Source of the DNA: Gonapodya sp. JEL0774
Taxonomy: Eukaryota
Length of the DNA stretch: 20,000 nt
Assembly (NCBI GenBank): GCA_027604505.1
Contig: JADIIX010000098.1
Span: 61,973 to 81,972, forward strand
Direction: 5' to 3'
Numbering within the stretch: position 1 is the stretch's first letter; the number at the start of each line of letters is the position of its first letter. This document shows, piece after piece, positions 10,228-20,000 of the stretch. A model generated the notes under the pieces. That model was given only the letters and a program-made list of their open reading frames with translations. It was not told where the DNA came from and searched no databases. Both the position numbers and the translations under genes were made by a program.

Positions 10228-13200
10228 TCAAGTCAAAACTTGGTACTGCATGAGGATGAGAAGTAATGAGATAAATTGATGCTGATCTCGAACGGCAATT
10301 TTTATGTTCAGCAAGTCCTCATCCGCTGCCCAATGTTCGAAGTCACAGACCTGGAGCGTCAAAGTATGCGTGTAAGTTAAGAAGTAACTCAGTGATTGGT
10401 GAGTGAGTGCACAGTTGATACCTTCAATTCGACGTGTTTCGGCGTGTGAGATCGAAGCTCCGCAACAAGCTGAGGTATCGGAATTTGGGTGGGCAAATTG
10501 AAAGACGCGAGATCTCTGGAAGACGAGGGATGGTAAGGATTACGTGGTGTTTGTGATTTATCATGAAGGATCGATTCTTCTATCGTGGACGGGGGTCGAC
10601 CAAATTCACTGCCGTTTCGGAGTAAGAGTGACATATGCCGTGAGTGCAGGAATGGATGCGAAGGTGTCCGCACGCTGTGTGAATCACTTGATTCATCGTC
10701 GGTGGAGTTGATTGTAGCAACTCCTCTTGAAGCAAAAGACGTATTTCTCCGTCGACTTGCAGCAGAGCTCAGGTTCTCCCTAGCGGATTCTGCATGCTTC
10801 GGTTCCAGTAATCTGGGATTGCGGTCAGTCGCACTCGCCTGTCTGGAACGGCGAAGGGCGTCGGGGGGCGGGCGATCAACTCGATTAACGCGAGTAGCCG
10901 AAGGTTCGGGGGATGAGGCATTCAAAGGGTCCGAAGATGACGACGGTGCTTGAGCAAGTTTTGTGGTGAGCAGTAGTTGTTCGGCAATGGTCATGGTCCT
11001 GTTTGCTGGGTCAGCGTCTTCAGATAATGAATCGGCCAGCTCCAAATCGGGCTCTGAACTTTGTTTTGGCACTTGCTCTGTGAAAATGGAAAGATGAGGC
11101 GCAAAACCTATGATGCTACTAGGTGTACTAGTTGGAGCGATACCGGATCGAGGTGTAGTCATTCGTGGGGAAGGAAGTGCTAAGAGCGGTTGTGCCTCTG
11201 ATGTTTGTTCCTGTTGCGTCGGTGCACCTCGCGTAGGGTGGAGTAGAGGTACGGATCCATTCACAGGAAGTGTCACAGGGTCTCTACTGGTGGTTGGAAG
11301 AGGAGTCCCTCTCGTCGCACCACCACTAAATATCGAAAATCCCTTAAGCACACTCGGTTTTGATTCTTGGCGATTGCGCTCTGCGGGCTTCACACCGTTG
11401 AGTGCATTGAGTACTGGACTCTGGTCACTCGACGCTGGAAGCAAAGTTCTCTCCAGAGCGTTCACTGAATCTGTGCCCAACGTCTCCGTGCTCATACTCA
11501 TCTCTGGCTGGTGTGACGTAGTGCTACTGGCCAGCAACTGACTGCCGTCATTCTGTAATGTTTCCACGACGCTCTGACTGGATGGTTGTTCTGCCGCTCC
11601 AATCAAAACAGCTTTCGATGAGTTTGAAGGTGTCGTGGCTGGCGGTGTTTGTGCAGACCCAGAAGAGGTTGTTGAGCCCCCGTCCACAATGTCAAAAAAG
11701 GGAGCACGCGCTCTGGAAGGTTTCCCATCTTTTGAAGAAATTGACGCCACAGCCTTCTCAACTTTCTGGACCATTTCAGATAGTCGTCGTTTCACCTTCT
11801 TCTTGGGCTGGAGACCAGAAGATTTAAGTTTGTTTCGCGCCTCTTTCGCAGCAAGTTTCATGTGGCGGCGCCGCATCTAAAACACAAGTCATTCAAATCT
11901 GACTAACAACAACCGCAGGTTGGAGAAAGTCATGGGGATAATACCTGCTTCGCGTGTTCATGTGCTTCCCAGCGGCGCAGTATATGCGAAAATTGCTGTC
12001 ATGGTTGGGATGACGATAGGTGGCAAAAAAGCGTGAGAATGAAACCCGTTTCGGTAGTAGCAGCTCTATACTCACGAACGTGATCATCGTAAGCGGAAAC
12101 GCAATGACAAATCTATGATGAAGATTTTTAAATGACATGATAAAGGAGCCAATGCGCGGCCAAACAGGTGTAGCTCACACTGATGCAACGATCGCGACAG
12201 ACGCAACAGCTTTCCCAAGGTCGGTCTTAGGTGTCACATCACCATAGCCAATCTGATTCCTCATTTCACAACGTCAAAACTTCGCGTCCACCTCCCCGTC
12301 AGAAAATCGAGTACTCACAGTAGTCAACGTCACAAGAACAAACCAAAAACACTGTGGTATACTTTGAAAAGAGCTGAGAGAATCATCTTCGTGATAGTAC
12401 CAATAGCCGTCCCGATAATATTCTCCCGTTTGCTCAGAGTAGTATATAATTGTCGCGAAAAAGGTCACGAGGACAGCCAGAGCGTATATCAGGGCCAGAA
12501 TACCATTCCTTGATTCCACAAGTGCCGCTGTGAGTGAGTGAGAGGTCAGGGACTATTTTCCATTCACGTGGAGAAGCAGGAGACACACTTAAAAGAAGCT
12601 GTATCTTTCCACTGCCAACCGCAAAGCATTCAATAGACGCAACGTATTTAGCGGGCGGCCGGATAGTCTCACCTCTTTCCAGCTATCCTCAATAACCGAA
12701 AAACTCGCATGAGCCGTAAAACTCGGAGAGTTGATAATCCACTAATTCCAGTTGAGTTGTGCAGTGGATTTACGCCCACGCTGAGTTCATAAATGAGCTC
12801 GATCCAGATCTAGCAAACACGGTAAGTCAGAAGCGATGAGGAAACACAACAGTTAGCATCAATATGCTCACTGGCAAGGTTGCAGCAAGGTCGATCCCGA
12901 ATGACCAGTTTAGAGCCTCCTGAAAAGTTGCCTGTGCATATCGAGGATGACTTCAGACATCATTGTGTGTTTCTCGTCACAACCATAAATTAGCCTACCA
13001 TGCCAATGACTTGAAGGACGATTTCCAATGTGAACGTAGCACCACAAACCATCTCAAGCACAAAGAAGAACGCGTGCGAGCGGTCGTTTAATTCCAAGCT
13101 GGGCAAGGTGGAGACACACTGAAATAGAATTAACATGGAGTCCGACTGGGCAGTCTCGAAAAAACCGTTGCGACAACAAAATCACCATAGAGAATGTGCT

Positions 13201-14157
13201 GATGATAACCGCCGATATGAAGATCCAATTGAATATTTGTGCCCAGCGACTGCTCTTGTGATCCCTCATGAACGTCCGCACATCCCTCCGCCACATCGGT
13301 AATCGGTTGACCTTTTGCTGCAGCTCTAGCTCCTTCTTTGTCTGACGTGAATGGCCATGGGCACTAAATTTGGTGCTCCGCTCGGGGTAAGAATCTGAAC
13401 CACTCTCCAAGAAACCTCGACCCGTGCGAAGAATCTCAGTGTCGGTGAATGTTGCTGAGGGGTAGTAAGGGAACCCCAAAACGCCCCCACCACCACCGAG
13501 GCCTGGAGGCATTGCGAAAGAGGGATCTTGAATGGAACCTTCGACTTCCGACTGAGTGTAGCTGCCATCCGCAGAAACAGTCGTCCCTAGTGCTGGGCGC
13601 CTGCTCCGAGGTAACCCGTCCCCGTCACCCGTCAAACTATCTTCTTCATCAGATCGCAGTCGCTCACTGTCCTCGTTGGTGCTGCTCCGGTCTGATTCCA
13701 GCGATTCAGCCCTGGCTCTTCGGGGTCGATCTGAAGCCCTTTCGTCGCCATCTTCAGGTCCCCCGTGCTTTCCATCTTCCCAAGTGATGGATCTGTTCAG
13801 GGGGATTCCAGCCCCCGGTCCGTCACTCGCCGGCTCAACTCCGCCTGCCCAGTCCGCCACCAACGCCTTGACTTTTGACCTTGTTCGCTTCCCTTCGCCC
13901 TTGCTCTTGTCACCAGCGAATTGTTTCGCATCACCAGTCCCGGCTCCATTGTTGGGTACAGCTTGTGAGAGCGTGGAGGGTCTTCGCGAGGGAACCGAGT
14001 GGTTGGATCGTGTCCGAGAGTGACCGACAGATAGATTATCCGAGGATCGGTTGGGCGATTTGGGTGCAGAGTTATACGCTTCATCCATCGAGTTTGGCTC
14101 TAGAGCCGGGTCAGATGAGACATTCGGACGATGGTGCTCCTCAGAGCGTGATGCCAA
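10228..14157 (-). CDS. Voltage-gated potassium channel (6TM Kv-type), 11 exons, ~1086 aa
   Basis: Exons (-) 14157-13186, 13118-12999, 12931-12872, 12809-12673, 12611-12589, 12527-12319, 12252-12179, 12112-12076, 11995-11945, 11876-10422, 10350-10228 (3261 nt, in frame). S2 FVLEMVCGATFTLE, S3 IDLAATLP, S4 LRVLRLMRVFRLLRIAGK, pore FQSIPQCFWFVLVTLTTIGYGDVTPKT, S6 VFVIAFPLTMI. Confidence 0.95.
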
Positions 14158-15412
14158 GCTTTATGACCCCCACCGAAATAACCCGATGATGAAAAGGAAA
14201 CATCCAAAACAAGAGAAAAACAGCCGCGAAAAACTCACCGCGGAGAGTCTACGAACAAAGGTCCACCGAATCCCGCCCCTCCAACCCAAGAAATCATGGG
14301 GCTCAGCCCCCCTCCCTCATGATGGGACCTGGGGAACGATCCCTGCGACATCCGCTTGGATCGCCGGTTCTGGTTCTCCTCATCTTCCACGAGCGCTCCA
14401 AGGATTGCTTCCATCTGGGTTTCCTGACAGTGGATCGCGGACAGGTGAAAACCTCGGGAGAACTGTGCGGGCGAGCCAGGCACATAAACACATGGGAGGC
14501 GCATCCACAAAAACGCCAACATATATTAATTATCAAAACCATATCATGCGCGAATTACTTTGTCCATTCCATCGTCGCCTTATTTGCGATGACGGATTGC
14601 GTAGAACAGTGAGATTGGCTGACCTGCATAGTACAAGACACCCACGTGCTATCCACATGAGCCAGCTGGAAACATTATTATACCAACAGAAAGAAGGATC
14701 GCGGCTCGGGACAGATTATTTCGTGAAACCATTTTCGGGTCCTTCATAAAGATCACCGAGTAGATATCGAAAGAGAACGAAAAATAGGGAAGAGTTGCTC
14801 AATCAATCGACCCCGATTCAGACTGTCACGGGCACGGCATACGATGGCGCCACGATTTTGAGATTTTCACGCAGCTTCTCTCCTACAATTACTACGTGAT
14901 TTTGCAATAAATGCCCTGGGCTTGCACTCTTGCATTTGCCGCCGGGTTGATTTAAATCTATGTGCACCTATAGCGCACTAGTTCTCTCAGGAGACTCCGC
15001 GCTCACGAGGGGCAGTTGTTATTATAATCTGAGGTGTTTGGAACAACCACATCATGGATTGTTCCTGAACAAGTGGCCTGCCTAACGGCCGAAACCAGAC
15101 CCAGTATACGTAGGAACACGGGCCAACATGGCAATTGGAAAGCCAGCATCCATTTCATCCACTTGTTATGCTTATTACGGCTCACTCGTGCTCGTTTGTT
15201 CTTGTTCCATTTACAAAATGGCGCCACACAGGGACAATTGTATAATCTCCGGGCACAGCCTCAACGGGATTTGTTCTCGCGAAATCTCGTTGAGGAGAAG
15301 GCCCCGCCAGACCCCCAAAACCAAATCTTCCACACTTTTTTAATTTTCAATAATTTCACCCACATCCCGCACCCACGTCTTACCCCTAATACCCACGGTC
15401 TGAAAATCCGCT

Positions 15413-17053
15413 ATGAGCGATGAAATTCCCCAGGAGTGTCTCGAAACGTCCCGGAAAAAGGCTACGAGGGCTGGAGGTCCCAGCAAAACAAAGCGACATC
15501 GCTGCACCTACCCGGACTGCGTGAAGGAATTCTCAACAGGGTGAGTTTCATGGTGAGGGCGATCGCTGTCTTGGGGGGCCAGATTCGTGGTGGAAGAACA
15601 GTTGTCAGGGCGGGAACCTGCCGAAGAAACCGTCTCACCCTTTACGGTCATGGGTGCTGGCTGACACACACATATTTCATGTTATCTCAATTTTATAAGG
15701 GGACATCTCACTCGACATGTTAAGACGTTCCACTCTCACGAGAGACCTTTTGCATGTGGGATTGGTGACTGCGCCGCACGGTTTTCCCGGCATGTGAGTT
15801 TCTGGGGTGCGATACCTCCCGCACTCCGGCTAATTTTTGCTCCCCCCCTCCCCCTTCCATTTTACATTTTCATATAGGATAACTGCCGTCAGCACCGGAA
15901 AATTCATTTTCGAACCGCCGATTCTGGTGAGGTGTACGCCGCCAGCTCTCCTCGCCGATCGTTGAAAAAGGAGGATCTGGACCACCACCAAATCGTCGCG
16001 ATCGACGAATCCCCAAAACGCATCTCGCTCCGTGCTCGCACAAACCGTCCCAAGTATGTACAAGATTCTTGCAGCGAGGTCGACGAGGAGGACGACGGGA
16101 TCTCGAGCGACGCACTGAGCGAGGACACTGTGGTGGACTCTGCACAGTCGTCCACCTCACCGTCTGGTTCTGCATCGCCGCGCACCCCTCGCTTCGAGGA
16201 AAGCGGCAAGGTCGAGTCGCCAACCATTACCGTGCGCGAAGTTGCATCACCAACACTCGCACCTGCATCGGGATCACCCGCCCCCAGCGACGGGTCACAC
16301 AAGACAGCACTCTACACCACCGCAGCGGATGAGAAGGACAACGTCAATGCGTTGAGCGTGCAGAGTTTTCTGGAATCTGAGGCGACTTTGAACGTGAACT
16401 CGGAGGCAAGCGCCCCAGTTGACCAACAAGCGTTGTATTCGGACCTCCTCGCCAACGCCGGCACTCTGACCACCATCGCGGAACAAGCTCAAGCTTTCAC
16501 CATTCTCTCCCCGCAGGTGAACCATCACCTGCATCACTTGCCGCAACACCAGCCGGTGTTCCAATGGACGAACATGAGCAACCTTGTCCCAGAAGCCAGT
16601 TACGATCCGGCGCTCATCTCCCCACAGTCACTCCAGTTCCAGCTTGTACAGTTGCCGAACATGGCGCAGGCTCTTCCCTTGGGATATGGGTACCCTCCGA
16701 TCGGGTACCCGACTTCTGCGGGGCACCTGGACGCCATCTTTCCCCCGTACGGGTCGATGCCCAACCAGTACTTGCCCGTGTTTACCCCTTCGATTTCCAT
16801 TCCGGTATCTTCTCATCTCCAAACGGTTCAAACTCCGTCACCCATCTCCCAATACTCTCCTGTGGAGATGCCTGTCCCGTTCCCTCAGCAGCACCAGCAC
16901 CAGTACCAGCACGAGCACCAGTTCCATCCCCAGCCGCATTCAACAGCTTTCAAGACTTGGCCGTTCAGGACCGTGGAGCCCGTGGCGTATTTGGGTGTCG
17001 GGGCAGGAAGCGACGGGGTGGATTCGTTGACGGTGTTTGAAGAGTGGAGGTAG
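15413..17053 (+). CDS. Nrg1-like transcription factor with two N-terminal C2H2 zinc fingers, 3 exons, ~465 aa
   Basis: Exons 15413-15540, 15700-15793, 15878-17053. Fingers HRCTYPDCVKEFSTGGHLTRHVKTFH and ERPFACGIGDCAARFSRHDNCRQHRKIH; the GHLxRH and FSRHDNC helices match the Nrg1/Nrg2 subfamily. Followed by acidic/Ser-rich and Pro/Gln/His-rich regions. Confidence 0.88.
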
Positions 17054-17087
17054 AGATGGCAGATATTGATGGGATGGGAGGGGACGG

Positions 17088-17097
17088 NNNNNNNNNN
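17088..17097. other. Assembly gap (10 N)
   Basis: Run of n 34 nt after the stop of the zinc-finger gene; true length unknown. Confidence 1.
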
Positions 17098-17569
17098 TGA
17101 TACCTTGGACGGCAGGCACGCGTTTGGTCTTTTGGATGGCCGATTGGATACCACAGACAACTCAAGATCTACTCCTTTGAAACCCGCACCGGTTTGGTTT
17201 TTTTTTTTTTCTTTTTCACTCTTTTTTATTCCCTTCCTTCCTCTCTCTTGTTTTTGGAGCTTAATCTCGGACTCTCAAGGATTCACACCCCCCACTTGAA
17301 ACCCTATTTACTCACTCGGACACACTCCGTTACACACTACCCACACCCTTTAACGCTATTCTATGCACGCCGCACACAAGTTTTTTTCTTTTCGACGACA
17401 CACACACCCCACACCACACCACAACTCACCTAATGACTGGAGGGGCGGGCCTTCGTAATTTTACTTAATGGCGAGGGCGTTAAGCTTCCTCATTGGACTC
17501 AATGCGTGTGAACACTTTGCGTCTTTATTTTCGTAGTTACCTTCTCTCAAGTTCACAGTCGATCACGCT

Positions 17570-17590
17570 CAACAACAACAACAACAACAG
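17570..17590. repeat. (CAA)6 CAG microsatellite
   Basis: Read directly from the sequence. Confidence 0.95.
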
Positions 17591-17649
17591 TAGTTAGTAC
17601 TCGCTTTATATCTATCAAGCTGTGCTTTAGATACAAAACGTACCAAAAT

Positions 17650-18600
17650 CAAGTAATGACCTGTCTTAATTCACTTGACTTGTGCGACAAGATGGGGTCC
17701 GGGGTCCGGCCCGCGGGACGCCGAAAAGCGGAGAACGAAAGAGGCTTTATCTTGTCTTTTGTGAGGAGGATGTCAACTATAAGGCGTGATTACAAGTTAT
17801 CTGTTGGCCGGGTCATGCCGTGCACCAAAGTAACGGAACTAGTACACATAGAGCTTCGGAAAAACTGTACTCGAGGGAAACAGAAAAGTCGCTCTTGTTC
17901 GTGAGTGTCGTGGTCCTTCATCCCCTGAACTTCCCCAGGTGATAGCTTCGATCGTGTATGTTCACGGCACTCGGTGCTTGCCATGATCATCGCTCACTCG
18001 AGAGGGATATCTCTCCAAGAGTGCGCTGTGGGTGCGGGGGGCCAGAGGAAGAAATGAAGAGACCCTGCGCAGCAGCGGAACGGAAGGCTGGAGGCGGGGA
18101 GAGTCACGGACGGTGGTGGGTGGGTGGGTGGCGGGCCTCGTGAGAAGAGAGGATGGGATCGGGTCCATGGCGTGGGTGCGTGAAGGGTGCCTGCGTGAGG
18201 GGTGGGCACGCGGGGTCGGCTCAGCACTCAGCTCTGTATCTTTCACACACACATGGGATCTACGCAACCGAGGGGATGCAGCCAGGGACCTGCACTGCAC
18301 ACGATCTATCCCATCGCTTTCCTCACCACATGTGAGTGGGGGCGGTGGGTGAGGAGGGCTCGGGTCGAGCTGGCGGCCGGGAGCCAGGCGGCCGGCGCAG
18401 GTGGAGGTGGAGTGGGGGTGGAGGAGGTGGACCGCGCTGGGTAAATAGAGAATTGGGTGGACGGGCGATCTGGGCTGGTCACGCTTGGTCGCTTGGTCGC
18501 TTGGTCAGGGTCGAGTGGAGGCACCTTACGGTGTGGTTCCCACGGGGTCAATAACGGACGTGGGGGGCTTGGGGCATGGGGATTGCAATGGAGGGAATGT
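17650..18600 (-). ncRNA. Candidate spliced non-coding (possibly snoRNA-host) transcript divergent from RPS24; ends approximate
   Basis: Minus-strand intron-like units gtaagg(18529)...tacccag(18437) and gtgagc(17997)...ctcac...tacag(17865), a further gtgagg donor at 18326 and pyrimidine-rich acceptors at 18191/18088/18026. No recognisable protein in any splice combination I tried. Confidence 0.3.
18482..18505. repeat. (CGCTTGGT)x3 tandem repeat
   Basis: Three perfect 8-nt units. Confidence 0.95.
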
Positions 18601-18965
18601 TATTGAAATTAATACCCAAATAATTTTCAAGCCTCCCATAACTTCTGAGCCCAGTACTCGTGGTGTTCAACATTGTGGGATTTACAATGGGAAGCAAACA
18701 AAACAGTTCGAACTTTCAGACTGTCTGTTGATATGGGGGCATTTCCTGCAAGGGCTCAACTTAAATAATAAAAATTTCGGGGGATTATTGTGCACCGGAA
18801 GAAAGAAAGGGAGAAGAGGGGGAGGAGAGGAGTGTGCGAGTGTGGGTGATGGGAAAGTGCCAGTGAATGTTGTGTTGCTGTGGTGAGGGGGTGCAAGGTC
18901 CCAGGACCACACACAACACAGGCATCGACCACACCCGTTTGACCCCTTTGAGCCGCATTCCGACC

Positions 18966-19918
18966 ATGGTGGGTTTGACACTGCGACCGCACGCAGCTGC
19001 ACAGTTGTGATTCCACATGGGACTGGACTCCTGGCCGGGGGGCGGTCGCAAGGGGTCGATGGATGTGGGAACGAGGGGGAGGGGATGGGGAGGGACACCA
19101 CACAGCTGGACGGACGGGACCGCACCCAGGCGACTCGGAAGACGACTCCCCACGCCCAACCCCCACACCAGAGCGGCTCAACAGCCACGCTCAGCCCCCC
19201 ACCCCCCACCCGCACGTGTTTGGTGGTCTGGATTGTGATTGGGTAGAGTCGACTGTCCCCGGTGGATGGAGGTGGACGTGGGTCCCACATGAGGAGCAAT
19301 CCTGGACGACACAATGGAACTTTCTTTGAGGTCCTGCCGTCCATATGTTATGTGGGCCGGTCAGGCCTGAATCAGACAAAAGACATGCGGGATGGATTCT
19401 GGTTGTTCCTGGGCCGGTCATGGTCCCACATGGACTCGGAGACACGGGGAACACGGAGAGCTCCATGCCAATATGCATGCACCCATCCATGATCCATGGG
19501 GGTGGCTGGCCACGAAATGCTCGGTCCGAACCAACCCCGCGTCCCCCCACGTTCCCCTTCGTTTTTTTCGTGGCCCCCTCTTGTCATCCATCATCTCACT
19601 CATCTGCCCGTGTCCCTCTCCCTTATCTCCCATCCCACCCCATCCCATCCCACCCCATCCCACCACATCCCATCCCATCCCATCCCATCCTGTCCCATCC
19701 CATCCACACCACCACCCCACCCCCCACGCCCCCTTCCCCCCCACCACATCCCCCTGCTCCAGTCCGAAGCCGCCACCATCCGCACCCGCCACTTCCTCAC
19801 CAACAAGCTGCTCAACCGCAAGCAGTTCATCATCGACGTCATCCATCCCGGAAGACCAAACGTCTCAAAGGACGAACTCAGGGAGAAGCTCGGCGAGATG
19901 TACAAGGCGAACAAGGAG
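18966..19918 (+). CDS. RPS24: 40S ribosomal protein eS24, 5' part (continues beyond the window)
   Basis: Exon 19763-19918 reads [52 protein letters not shown], typical eS24. The initiator is assigned to accATG|gtgggt at 18966-18968 (ATG-only coding exon, as in yeast RPS24), giving a 794-nt phase-0 intron; this placement is less certain than the gene identity. Intron 2 starts gtgaga at 19919. Confidence 0.93.
19629..19705 (+). repeat. Imperfect (CCCAT/CCCAC)n pentamer tract in the 3' part of RPS24 intron 1
   Basis: cccatcccaccccatcccatcccaccccatcccaccacatcccatcccatcccatcccat..., read directly. Confidence 0.9.
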
Positions 19919-19932
19919 GTGAGACCAGCGGC

Positions 19933-19998
19933 GGGATTGGGGGGGTTTGGGGGGGGGGGGGTTTATGGGGTGGGGGGGGTCGGGGGGTTGGGGTGGGG
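19933..19998 (+). repeat. Poly-G tracts at the 5' end of RPS24 intron 2 (G-quadruplex-capable)
   Basis: At least eight runs of three or more G separated by 1-5 nt. Confidence 0.85.
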
Positions 19999-20000
19999 CC

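Noticed and set aside
10585..11880. Plus-strand ORFs opposite the Kv C-terminal exon
   Set aside because: Antisense shadows with no recognisable motifs.
14051..14749. 232-aa plus-strand ORF overlapping the Kv start
   Set aside because: Non-ATG start, overlaps the Kv CDS and promoter, no domain signal; not fully excluded.
16886..16935. CAGCAC-type hexamer repeat
   Set aside because: It only encodes the QH-rich tract of the transcription factor.
18682..19922. Numerous 70-220 aa ORFs on both strands
   Set aside because: Products of GC-rich, low-complexity promoter and intron sequence; the real coding frame is eS24.
1..20000. CRISPR arrays, transposons, tRNA/rRNA/snRNA genes or prokaryotic defence systems
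   Set aside because: I found no repeat-spacer arrays, TIR/LTR pairs, transposase or RT motifs, or recognisable structural RNA sequences; the window is spliceosomal-intron eukaryotic DNA.

Overview
Gene-dense, intron-rich (GT-AG) eukaryotic DNA, almost certainly fungal; the Kv channel and intron density suggest an early-diverging (zoosporic) lineage, which is inference. Splicing the ORF fragments by hand gives eight protein-coding genes: the 3' part of a GH16 Crh-like GPI-type wall protein (+), an unrecognised 7-exon ~781 aa protein (+), a DUF836/glutaredoxin-like protein (-) head-to-head with carnosine N-methyltransferase CARNMT1 (+), an Hrp1/Musashi-type two-RRM protein (+), an 11-exon ~1086 aa voltage-gated K+ channel (-), an Nrg1-like C2H2 transcription factor (+) and the 5' part of ribosomal protein eS24 (+). 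I see no mobile element, CRISPR array, tRNA or rRNA. The best leads are the T1-less Kv channel and three candidate RNA-level elements, all unverified: a stop-containing cassette exon plus UAG cluster in the 754-nt intron of the RNA-binding-protein gene, a structured repeat-bearing first intron of RPS24, and a probable spliced non-coding transcript divergent from RPS24.
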